A stretch of 64,000 bases of DNA from an uncultured virus (IMG/VR IMGVR_UViG_3300028569_000010) (IMGVR_UViG_3300028569_000010), one strand, 5' to 3'; counted from the stretch's first letter, positions 40,593 through 49,118 are shown. Translations and numbers: made by a program. Notes: generated by a model from the letters alone, not told the origin.

Positions 40593-41075
40593 ATGCCTAA
40601 TTGGTGCATGAATAATGTTACTATTACTCACCCCAAGCGTGATAAGTTGCAGGAGTTTGTTGACGCATACAATAGTGGCGGCGTGTGTAACCATTTCGCC
40701 CCACAGCCTAAAGACTTGAACGAACATGACTGTTTTGCCCCCAATGGGTGGTATACTTGGCGTTGTAATAACTGGGGAACTAAATGGGATTTTGGTAGAG
40801 AAGATGGACAAGACCCTATAGAGATTATCAACGATGAAGTGAGTTTTAGTTGTCATACTGCGTGGTCGCCCCCCATTGAGTTTTACAATATGCTCCAGAA
40901 GAAAAAGTATAGTATTCATGCTACATACTGGGAACCCGGTATTGGATTCTGTGGAACATACGAGAATGGCGTAGAAGATACTATTGAATATGAAGATAAG
41001 TCTGAAATTCCAGATGAGTTGTGGGATGAGTATGGAATGGCAGACTTTTTCGAAGAGACGGAGGCTGACGCTTGA
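40593..41075 (+). CDS. DUF1281/YubB ferredoxin-like family protein, copy 1
   Basis: MPNWCMN...WYTWRCNNWGTKWD...TAWSPP...YWEPGIGFCG. Confidence 0.75.
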   Translation: MPNWCMNNVTITHPKRDKLQEFVDAYNSGGVCNHFAPQPKDLNEHDCFAPNGWYTWRCNNWGTKWDFGREDGQDPIEIINDEVSFSCHTAWSPPIEFYNMLQKKKYSIHATYWEPGIGFCGTYENGVEDTIEYEDKSEIPDELWDEYGMADFFEETEADA

Positions 41076-41118
41076 CCTGTGCGAGACTGTGTGGTATACT
41101 CATGCAGTCTCGCATATT

Positions 41119-41191
41119 GGGGGTGTAACTTAGCGACTAAAGTAGCGGTCTTTTAAACCGTTTATCGTGGGTTTGAGTCCCACCGCCCCCA
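41119..41191 (+). tRNA. tRNA-Lys(UUU)
   Basis: Acceptor GGGGGTG/CGCCCCC; anticodon arm gcggt-ctTTTaa-accgt; T arm gtggg-tttgagt-cccac. Confidence 0.85.
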
Positions 41192-41403
41192 TTTCTTTAT
41201 AAAGGGTGTATTATGATAGAGTTATATGTTATGATTATGTTATGGATTTTGATCTTTGGATTTACTGGAGATAATCATGGAGAGTAACTTTGTATATAAT
41301 GAATACGTTATGGGTGACGCTGACTACTACGAAGACCAAGAATACCCTAAACAGACTTGGGACTACTATGAACTCTATGGTGAAGAGATAGACGAACTAG
41401 ACG

Positions 41404-41481
41404 TAAGTAGTTGATAAATAAGGACTTATGGATGATGCGAGCCGCCGAACTTGATCTAAGTCCTTGTGGCGTAAAGACTTA
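41404..41481. repeat. Element E7
   Basis: taagtagttgataaataaggactta-28-taagtccttgtggcgtaaagactta; TTGACA at 41513. Confidence 0.9.
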
Positions 41482-41562
41482 CGACAAATAAATATTTTTC
41501 AAGGTTTCGCTATTGACAAGCCGATAATAGAGTGTAGAATGGTGGAGTAAGACAAAACAAAC

Positions 41563-41644
41563 GTGATGCTGGCAAAGTGGAGGCCACAACCTAGTTGTCG
41601 GGTAAAACCAACTCTCGCCTTTAGAGTAAAGAGACAACCATCAC
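41563..41644 (+). ncRNA. Candidate structured ncRNA (multi-stem junction)
   Basis: Downstream of a strong promoter with no convincing ORF; GTGATG/CATCAC closing stem encloses four short hairpins. Confidence 0.4.
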
Positions 41645-41764
41645 ACAAACATCCGTGGGTTAATGCCTTGAACTAGATTAGGATAAGCCATTACGATAAA
41701 ACCTGCTGGAGATGCAGCATAAAGGTTGACAGCGGGCTTATACGCTGTATAGTAGTGCTAGTCT

Positions 41765-41939
41765 ATGGGGGATAGCGTCCCGACCACGACGCAATATCAT
41801 CAAGATCAAAACCAAAAAGCCTTGGGAAATGTCAACGGGTCATAGGGAAGATCGATATACCGTAATGGACAATCGGCCCAAGCGGCTGCGAACCCGTAAG
41901 GCTCTTGACAAGCAGTGGCGTAACGAGTACGATATCTAA
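41765..41939 (+). pseudogene. Frameshifted paralog of the 46847-47047 basic peptide
   Basis: RPRRNIIKIKTKKPWEMSTGHRED...MDNRPKRLRTRK is out of frame with the ATG by one G in a G5 run. Confidence 0.55.
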
Positions 41940-41953
41940 ATAAGGAAAATACT

Positions 41954-42484
41954 ATGCCTAATTGGTGCATGAATAGTCTGACGGTTTCCCATACCGATAA
42001 GGATATGGTTCAAAAGTTCGCTGACGCATGGAACTCTGGTAGTAGGTGTCAACAGTTTATTCCTATGCCAGAGGGTGAAGATTCGACGATGAGCGGCCAA
42101 CGTCGCGGCGCAACGCTCGTCGAGATGCTCGTCGTCATCGATTGGTATTCTTGGAATATTTCAAACTGGGGAACCAAGTGGGACTTTGGTAAGGAAGAGT
42201 ATGAAGATGCCGCTGAAGTAAATCAGAATAAAGATAAATATGAGGTTTGTGTTGGCCTAAACACCGACCCATCGCCACCCATTGACTTCTATAACCATCT
42301 GGTAAAACTTGGATATAATGTTCACGCCAGTTATTTTGAGCCGGGAATGGGATTCTGTGGTATATATCACGATGGATATGATAACTACATAGACTACGGT
42401 GATGACAAGGATAGTATTCCTGTTGGTGTATGGAATGACTTCGGCTTGGATGATTTCTTTGAAATGATGGAAGAAGACGCTTGA
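41954..42484 (+). CDS. DUF1281/YubB-like protein, copy 2, with a 20-aa prepilin-leader insert
   Basis: Paralog of 40593-41075; insert STMSGQRRGATLVEMLVVID. Confidence 0.75.
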   Translation: MPNWCMNSLTVSHTDKDMVQKFADAWNSGSRCQQFIPMPEGEDSTMSGQRRGATLVEMLVVIDWYSWNISNWGTKWDFGKEEYEDAAEVNQNKDKYEVCVGLNTDPSPPIDFYNHLVKLGYNVHASYFEPGMGFCGIYHDGYDNYIDYGDDKDSIPVGVWNDFGLDDFFEMMEEDA

Positions 42485-42836
42485 CAAGTCGATAATACAT
42501 AGTATAATAAGAGAACAATACAAAGGAAAAAGAATGAGAATCTTTCGTAAAATCATTTTGTTCTTCCCATCATTGACCATGTTCTTTTTAGCATACTTTA
42601 CTTTCATTTGTGATAGTGAGGCTACTAAATTTAGTTTTAGGTGGAAATAATGACTAAAGACAATATTATTGCTGCTAAAGCATTTATTCAAGTACGAGAA
42701 GAACTCATAGAAATTAAGAGTCTGGTTAGACAGTTTATAGATGAAATTGCGGGCGTCCCTTTTAGGGCTGTTGACTGTGACCAAGAAGCCGTGTATGATT
42801 TGTGGAACAAACTAATTAAAGCAGCAGGATCGACCA

Positions 42837-43061
42837 ATGACCGTTAATGAACTTATTGAGGCTCTGAACCACTATCCCGGCGATATGACGGTATTGACCC
42901 TTGGTTATGAGGGTGGGTATGATGATGTGGGTATACACACCGAAGATATTGTGTTCAATGTTCATGATAAAGACACCTGGTATTATGGGCCTCATGAGTG
43001 TGTGAAGTATACCGATAGTGATATTAGTATGAAATGTTTGATTGTTGGAAGAGGTAGGTAA
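42837..43061 (+). CDS. Small phage hypothetical protein
   Basis: MTVNELIEALNHYPGDM.V...GYEGG pattern. Confidence 0.6.
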   Translation: MTVNELIEALNHYPGDMTVLTLGYEGGYDDVGIHTEDIVFNVHDKDTWYYGPHECVKYTDSDISMKCLIVGRGR

Positions 43062-43065
43062 ATAT

Positions 43066-43380
43066 ATGGAGTGGAATAACTCTCATAAGAATCCGCCAGA
43101 GAGTGGACAGAAGGTTTATTACTTTGGGCCTAACATTGGCATAGGTATTGGTTTTTATTCTTACGAAAAAGATAGACACTTTTATCCAATCTACTATAAG
43201 AATGGCATAAAAATGTTTGACCCTAAACCAGTACAACTTTGTCCACATATATTTGAGAATGTTAACTTGGGAGTGGTAGACGCTTGTGATGCTCCGTTCT
43301 GGCTACCATATGATTACGAACGGGCTAAGAGTTGGTGTCCGATTATTCCAGAAGAATATACCAAAGATTTGTACGACTGA
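43066..43380 (+). CDS. Hypothetical protein
   Basis: MEW...PPESGQKV...FWLP, DUF551-like outline (weak). Confidence 0.5.
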   Translation: MEWNNSHKNPPESGQKVYYFGPNIGIGIGFYSYEKDRHFYPIYYKNGIKMFDPKPVQLCPHIFENVNLGVVDACDAPFWLPYDYERAKSWCPIIPEEYTKDLYD

Positions 43381-43503
43381 ACATGGAATTGAAAACTCTT
43401 AGCGATATTTGCCCATGTGGGGCGTGTGAAGTTTTAGTATGGAAATACGACAATAATGGCTTAATCTGGAATTTTTGCCAGCAATGCCACTGGTGGTATG
43501 TCG

Positions 43504-43581
43504 CAAATGATTGATAGATAAGGACTTACAGCTAGGTGGGCGGGCCGGATTTGACCTAAGTGCTTATATATCAACAACTTA
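43504..43581. repeat. Element E8
   Basis: caaatgattgatagataaggactta-28-taagtgcttatatatcaacaactta; TTGACT at 43602. Confidence 0.9.
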
Positions 43582-43770
43582 GGATTTTCTAAAGTTTTCT
43601 CTTGACTTTGGACGATGATAGTGTAGAATCATGAGTATGAATACTAAATATATTTGGCGTGTTTTTAAAAATAACAAGTTTATTGGTTACGTTTATTCGC
43701 CTAGCGAAATAGACGCAATGCGTAAGGCTAATGAAAAGTTTGGTTCTTATATTCTTATTGAGCGTATAAG

Positions 43771-44247
43771 ATGAAAACTTTATATGGCGAAGTGCGATTT
43801 CACCTGGGTGGTGGAGCCAATTATATGCACTGGCAATTGAAAATTAAACAAGGTGGCAAGACCGTAGAAGTTTGCTATTTTGATCCGTCTGAGTATCAGT
43901 TGGAGATGAGGGGTTGCAAACTCCGTAACCGTCCTAATAAAGCCAAGCAAGTTTTTGAGGCTGGTGTGCATGATGTGAGTGGCTGGGTAAGATGTGAAGA
44001 AACAATGTTGAGAAAAAGTTTTTATCCTGTTTTGCCTGTTGACAATCTTGAGCGTGTGTTTTATAATCCACTGCGTGACCCACACTGGCGACGAGAAAGT
44101 GATAATAATGAGTTTATTTGGGATGAGACTGAGTATGCTACGCTGATTACGCATGGCAAGCAAGTGTACATTCTAGAAGAACACGACTGTGTATTTGACG
44201 ATCTTAGAGAAATTGACCCAAAGTATTTAGGAGATTTTAAGGTATGA
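43771..44247 (+). CDS. Hypothetical protein
   Basis: 158-aa ORF coupled to its neighbours. Confidence 0.6.
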   Translation: MKTLYGEVRFHLGGGANYMHWQLKIKQGGKTVEVCYFDPSEYQLEMRGCKLRNRPNKAKQVFEAGVHDVSGWVRCEETMLRKSFYPVLPVDNLERVFYNPLRDPHWRRESDNNEFIWDETEYATLITHGKQVYILEEHDCVFDDLREIDPKYLGDFKV

Positions 44248-44612
44248 TTAGTATTCAGGTGACGATTGCCGAGGCTATTGCTATTGCTAACACGGCGAGT
44301 AACGATCTGCATGATCGTATCGTGAAGAGTATCGAAGTGGCTCTTGGTATCAATCAGAGTCGTGATGTAACGATTACTAAGATGCCGGGAGATAATCGTA
44401 TTCCTTGTATCAAGGCTATTCGCTCGCACTCTGGATGGGGCCTGAGAGAGGCTAAAGAGTGGACGGATGTGTTGGTTGGGCGTTGGGATAGCACTTATAA
44501 TGGTTGGACTAAGGGTGCCTCAAAACACACCATTAAGTTGGCAACCCCCGCCGCAGCCGAGGCTCTCATGCGTGATCTGGTTGGTTTGGGTTGTGAAGGG
44601 TTTCTTTCTTAG
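44244..44612 (+). CDS. Ribosomal protein bL12 (L7/L12) C-terminal-domain-like protein
   Basis: VTIT..GDNRIPCIKAIRSHSGWGLREAKEWTD...AAEALMRDL..LG matches the KI.VIK.VR..TGLGLKEAK..V pattern. Confidence 0.7.
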   Translation: MISIQVTIAEAIAIANTASNDLHDRIVKSIEVALGINQSRDVTITKMPGDNRIPCIKAIRSHSGWGLREAKEWTDVLVGRWDSTYNGWTKGASKHTIKLATPAAAEALMRDLVGLGCEGFLS

Positions 44613-44620
44613 GAGTAACA

Positions 44621-45226
44621 ATGCTTAAATACAAAAAGTATTACGGGCAGTATACTGACGGCGGTAGTCGTAACAGTTTCTATACTATTAAAGATAGTAA
44701 ATATGGATTTAAGGAGTTTCCTAGTAAAGATTTGGCTATATTTTCATACGCCGTACAAAAGAAACTTTCTGAACATAATCTTGCCCCATATGTATACAGT
44801 CAAGTAGGACGTATTCGTATTCCAGAATATATTTCTACAAAAGAAGGTATAACTAAAACTCACGATATTCTTAGTGGGTGGGGTTACTTGACTGAAATAG
44901 CACAATTTTATGAATGTGCAAACTATGGAAATGATTACGAATGTGACGAACATTGTTATTACGAGGGTAACTGTAAAAACTACGATAAAATCTCTACTTT
45001 ATTTGATATGGCATCAGAACTTGGTATTGAGTACTCTGATGGTCATAATGGAAATCTTGGCTGGGTAAAACGTAATAGGAGAAAGACTCTTGTTATCATT
45101 GACCTTGGGCGTGAAAGTATTGGAGATTATGATCGTGGTATTTACCCTAATGTAGATGAATATGGAGAATACGACGATTACAATAACTATAGTGGTTGCT
45201 CATGTACTGCCTGTAGGAAATGGTAA
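44621..45226 (+). CDS. Protein kinase-like fold protein
   Basis: YGFKEF (catalytic Lys), LAPYVY, SDGHNGNLG (DxHxxN loop), IIDLG (DFG-like). Confidence 0.65.
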   Translation: MLKYKKYYGQYTDGGSRNSFYTIKDSKYGFKEFPSKDLAIFSYAVQKKLSEHNLAPYVYSQVGRIRIPEYISTKEGITKTHDILSGWGYLTEIAQFYECANYGNDYECDEHCYYEGNCKNYDKISTLFDMASELGIEYSDGHNGNLGWVKRNRRKTLVIIDLGRESIGDYDRGIYPNVDEYGEYDDYNNYSGCSCTACRKW

Positions 45227-45471
45227 TGCCTAAATACTACATAAACTGCGGCACTTTACAACTTATATACTCAACTGATAAAAATGCAGAAGACGCTGCC
45301 GTTTCTGCACTGTGGGAAACAAACAAGAATGACGTTCTAGATGAGTACTTCTACATAGACGAACGTGGATATAGAGACTACACAAACGCAGACAAAGAAA
45401 CTACGGTCATAAAGATGAAGACAATCTGTAGGAAAGCAGGATGGGAGATAAATAAGGAAGATAATTCATAA
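45226..45471 (+). CDS. Hypothetical protein
   Basis: Its stop TAA is the first three bases of E9 box 1. Confidence 0.6.
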   Translation: MPKYYINCGTLQLIYSTDKNAEDAAVSALWETNKNDVLDEYFYIDERGYRDYTNADKETTVIKMKTICRKAGWEINKEDNS

Positions 45472-45546
45472 GTCCAAGTGGCATAAGCACTTAGAGCTAG
45501 CCACGCCCGCCGGATTCGCCCTAAGTCCTTATCTGACAACAACTTA
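45469..45546. repeat. Element E9
   Basis: taagtccaagtggcataagcactta-28-taagtccttatctgacaacaactta; TTGACA at 45578. Confidence 0.9.
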
Positions 45547-45651
45547 CGTCAAATTCTTTTTTTCTAAAGAGAATGGCTTGACAGAGACGATAATTAGAGT
45601 ATACTTAGGACATGATGATTGATAGCCTACTAAATGAAAAAGGAGATGATT

Positions 45652-45894
45652 ATGAAAAAGTTTACGTTTCGCGTTGATGTGCTGAGTGATTCGTTTGTCG
45701 ATGTTGATGGTATTCGTCAGACTCTTTCTGAGGCTGTGAATGGGCTGGGTGCCTATACTGCCGCTACCCCAACTGGTACTGAGGATCTGACCGACCAGGG
45801 TCTGAAGGTGTTCGCAAAGCGTGTCATGGGCATTAGCCTTGCAACGCCGAAGGTGAAGAAGGCCAAGGCGGTCGCTGAAACTGTCGAGGCTTGA
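45652..45894 (+). CDS. Hypothetical protein
   Basis: AGGAG RBS before MKKFTF; GC-richer codon usage. Confidence 0.6.
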   Translation: MKKFTFRVDVLSDSFVDVDGIRQTLSEAVNGLGAYTAATPTGTEDLTDQGLKVFAKRVMGISLATPKVKKAKAVAETVEA

Positions 45895-46125
45895 TTTTCT
45901 AAAGTGTATCTGCTAGAATGACGATACTAGATGAAGTAGTAGTAATCTAGTGTCCATTCTGGCTAACTAAAGGATGTAATATGAAAGTAGTTGGTATTGG
46001 TACTAAACTCAAACTGGGTACAGTACTGAAGATTTTGAAGGATAGTGTGATTGTAAATCGTCAAGGTAAGAATGTCGCTGTGACGTTCTCTCAAGTTGAA
46101 CATGAAGTTTTTGGAGGTTGATATT

Positions 46126-46341
46126 ATGGGTTATCTTGCTCTTAGTAAGGCTATTCGTGTTGGTAAGACGCTTCGTTGTAAGTATCCGAAGCACGGTAGT
46201 CAGAATGTGTTGAAGTGGCATGAGGGTGTTATTGAGAAGGCCGACTTTGGCCCTAATGGTGCCTATGCTCTGATTCGTTCTGATAGTAATAAGTATCGTA
46301 CCCTCCGCTGCGATAAGATGATCGACGCCACGGTGTCGTGA
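46126..46341 (+). CDS. Small SH3/WYL-like hypothetical protein
   Basis: GGAGG RBS; C-terminal YRTLRCDKMI resembles the WYL RxFxxDRI motif (weak). Confidence 0.5.
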   Translation: MGYLALSKAIRVGKTLRCKYPKHGSQNVLKWHEGVIEKADFGPNGAYALIRSDSNKYRTLRCDKMIDATVS

Positions 46342-46392
46342 CCTTGACGGGGCGAGTAGCCCATGCTATAATGGTGTGGGCTACTCGTTTGC

Positions 46393-46468
46393 GGGGCGGA
46401 AGGTAAGCCGGTTGCATCCGACACTCTTATAAGGTGTTCATAGGTAGGTTCGACTCCTACCCGCCCTA
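46393..46468 (+). tRNA. tRNA-Ile(UAU)
   Basis: Acceptor GGGGCGG/CCGCCCT with A73; anticodon arm acact-ctTATaa-ggtgt; T arm gtagg-ttcgact-cctac. Confidence 0.85.
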
Positions 46469-46638
46469 CTGTTCGGGTTTACGAACTGTGGAGGGTGCAT
46501 GATAGAACTATTTATATTGATATGGATATGGAGTATGCTATTCTCAGATAAAAACTAAATAATATAACGAATGTGGATTGTGTTGAGACAAACTAACGTA
46601 ATAAATAAAGCGTCAAATGAATCCCTAATATTCAATAT

Positions 46639-47019
46639 ATGAGAAGGACCGAAAGGATGATACAGTGGATTGGTGCTTTCGTGGCAGTACTTGGCTTACT
46701 ATATACTGGTGTAAAAGATTATCAGCACGGAGATATATCTTTCCCCAAAATAAAACAGAAAGAGTTGACAAAGCCAAAGCATCCGATACAATACTGTCTA
46801 ATGGCTTACGACCCTAACCTAAATAAAGTTTTTTACTTACACGAAAATGGACAATGGCATGATTACGCTCCAGAACAACGACGATATGAGACAACGCCGC
46901 AAGGTGTTCAAGATCAAGGTAAAGAAACCGTGGGAACTATCTACGGGACACAGGGAAGATCGCGGGGATACTACTATGGACAACAGGCCCAAGCGTATGC
47001 GAACACGCAAAGACATTGA
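46639..47019 (+). CDS. Membrane-anchored hypothetical protein (overlaps the next ORF)
   Basis: N-terminal TM segment WIGAFVAVLGLLY. Confidence 0.45.
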   Translation: MRRTERMIQWIGAFVAVLGLLYTGVKDYQHGDISFPKIKQKELTKPKHPIQYCLMAYDPNLNKVFYLHENGQWHDYAPEQRRYETTPQGVQDQGKETVGTIYGTQGRSRGYYYGQQAQAYANTQRH

Positions 47020-47047
47020 GCGTTCGTGGCAGATGGAGAATGACTAA
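46847..47047 (+). CDS. Basic peptide (KKPWE.STGHRED...MDNRPKR.RTRK)
   Basis: Protein-level paralog at 41765-41939 supports this frame. Confidence 0.6.
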   Translation: MDNGMITLQNNDDMRQRRKVFKIKVKKPWELSTGHREDRGDTTMDNRPKRMRTRKDIERSWQMEND

Positions 47048-47191
47048 TGTATCACTATATTACTGTGCAGATTGTGATGCGTGACTGTCATTCTGAAGAG
47101 GATGCACAAATGAAATGCGAAAGATTGTTACCATATAATCCAGATGAGAATTCTACTTATATGGAATCGTGGGAAATAATAGATGTAAGAG

Positions 47192-47428
47192 ATGCCAAAG
47201 ATGAATAACGAACATATAGGAACATACATATATGATGAACGCTTAGACTATGGTGTTTATGAAGTATATGCTATGTATGACTCATGGAAAGATCGTGATA
47301 ACAGAAACGCCGCGTGGTATGACATATATGACAAAAATGGAATATGCGTAAACGAAGGTAATCCATACTACCAAATACCTACGTGGCAAGAGATATTTGA
47401 TACATATTATATGGAGCATGTGAACTAA
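47192..47428 (+). CDS. Hypothetical protein
   Basis: 78-aa ORF before E10. Confidence 0.55.
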   Translation: MPKMNNEHIGTYIYDERLDYGVYEVYAMYDSWKDRDNRNAAWYDIYDKNGICVNEGNPYYQIPTWQEIFDTYYMEHVN

Positions 47429-47460
47429 GGCTTGGGAAGACTAGACACCGCGATTCGTTC

Positions 47461-47538
47461 TAAGTCCTTGATGCGACAAGACTTACGGCGAATCCGGCCC
47501 GCCGAATCGATCCTAAGTCTTTATGTGGCAACGACTTA
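47461..47538. repeat. Element E10
   Basis: taagtccttgatgcgacaagactta-28-taagtctttatgtggcaacgactta; TTGACT at 47571. Confidence 0.9.
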
Positions 47539-47617
47539 CGACAAATCCAAAAAATCCTAATGCTAACCCCTTGACTTGGACGATTATAGATGTATAATCA
47601 GCGTACTGGAGAAAAGA

Positions 47618-47857
47618 ATGATTGCCTTCGCTAATGCAGACAGTGTTGTAGAAGTTGGATGTGCTATGTGTGGTACATCATATGCAATTATGTATAATCG
47701 TGAGGATATGGTAGATTGGTTGTCTGGTCAAGGATTTATTCAAGACCTTATGCCATACCTTTCTGATGCTGAACGTGAACTGTTTATCTCTAGAACGTGC
47801 GGAGACTGTTTCGATAAACTGTTTCCAGCCCCTATTGACAACGAAGAAAACGTCTGA
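47618..47857 (+). CDS. Small zinc-binding protein
   Basis: CAMC...IQDLMPYLSDAERELFISRTCGDCF; GGAG RBS. Confidence 0.6.
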   Translation: MIAFANADSVVEVGCAMCGTSYAIMYNREDMVDWLSGQGFIQDLMPYLSDAERELFISRTCGDCFDKLFPAPIDNEENV

Positions 47858-47896
47858 TACAATACACTAAGTTGATTTCCCACTACTAAGGAGTTT

Positions 47897-49108
47897 ATGA
47901 TGATTTCTGAATATACTAAGATTGTCCCTGTTGATTCTACGAAGAATGCTGGTTCGTTTGTGCGTAATCTTACTGGTAATACTGGTACGGGTTTTGCGGA
48001 AGGTACGCATGTTCATAAGGATTGGTGGGCTAAGACCCTTTCCTATGATACGGTTCTGACTCGCGTTCAGGCCGATATTGATAATCGTGAAGATATTATG
48101 GTCAAGGTGAAGGATATTCACCCTGAGTTCAATGAGCAGGATCAGTTCTGCTTTGGAGTTGACGGTCGCCAGTTTGTTCCTACGGATTGGAGTCTCCAGC
48201 AGTTTTCTACTCGCCTTGCGGCTCCCTCTACTTCTGTCATGCGTGAAATGCGTGGCGTCGAAGGGTTTGATCGTCAAGATGCAGAGTTGATGGTTGATTT
48301 TGCCAATAACTATCTGCGTAGGCTTGATCCTGACAAGGAGTTCCGCCTGCGTACTTATGTCGATGGTACTTGTCGTGCGTTCGTGACTGATAAGTATGCA
48401 CCTGTCGATAATCGCTGGTATCTTGAAACTCTCCGCGAGTTCCTGCCCAGTGCTAGGTTCTCACACTGGCGTGGAGATGAGGATACCCTGTATGGTAATC
48501 TTCTCCTTCCCGATAGTATTATGGACTATGGACAGGATGACGATACGGATTATGGTGGAATGGTTTCCATCGGTAACTGCGAGATCGGCAAGCGTCGTTT
48601 GTCGCAGACTCCCAGCATCTTTCGTGCTATCTGTATGAACGGGTGCATTTGGGGTCAGAATAAGGGTAAGGATATTTCCAAGGTTCATCGTGGAACTATC
48701 GACCTTATCGACCTAAAGACTCGTATCGCTGAGAATATCGAATATCAGTTGAGCATCCTGCCCGATGGTATTAGAAAGTTTCTTGACACTCGTACTCAGA
48801 AGATTGGTACGCATAGTATCAAGGGTGTAATCGCTGCGATTTGCGATGATTATCGCCTTGATAAGAAACAGTCTACGGAAGTGCTGGAACAGTTTATCAC
48901 CCACGAACACGATCACCAAAATCTGTTCGGTGTTATCAACGCCGTCACCCGTGCTGGTCAAGAATTCAATGCGGAAGCATGGTACAATCTTGATGAAGTT
49001 GGTGGAAAGTTGATGGAAGTTTCTGCCGCTCGTTGGGATACCATCCTGCGTCGTGCTGATACCTACACCTACAAAGAATATGAGAAGGTTTTTGCCGTAA
49101 TGGCATAG
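47897..49108 (+). CDS. DUF932-family protein
   Basis: RAFVTDKYAPVDN...GNCEIG...IFRAICMNGCI...H.G...NLFGVINAVTRAGQ. Confidence 0.75.
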   Translation: MMISEYTKIVPVDSTKNAGSFVRNLTGNTGTGFAEGTHVHKDWWAKTLSYDTVLTRVQADIDNREDIMVKVKDIHPEFNEQDQFCFGVDGRQFVPTDWSLQQFSTRLAAPSTSVMREMRGVEGFDRQDAELMVDFANNYLRRLDPDKEFRLRTYVDGTCRAFVTDKYAPVDNRWYLETLREFLPSARFSHWRGDEDTLYGNLLLPDSIMDYGQDDDTDYGGMVSIGNCEIGKRRLSQTPSIFRAICMNGCIWGQNKGKDISKVHRGTIDLIDLKTRIAENIEYQLSILPDGIRKFLDTRTQKIGTHSIKGVIAAICDDYRLDKKQSTEVLEQFITHEHDHQNLFGVINAVTRAGQEFNAEAWYNLDEVGGKLMEVSAARWDTILRRADTYTYKEYEKVFAVMA

Positions 49109-49118
49109 TGGGAAGGGC

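Noticed and set aside
41563..41644. Known riboswitch or ribozyme (c-di-GMP-I, hammerhead)
   Set aside because: Only GGCAAA matches; the remaining consensus and the CUGANGA/GAAA core are absent.
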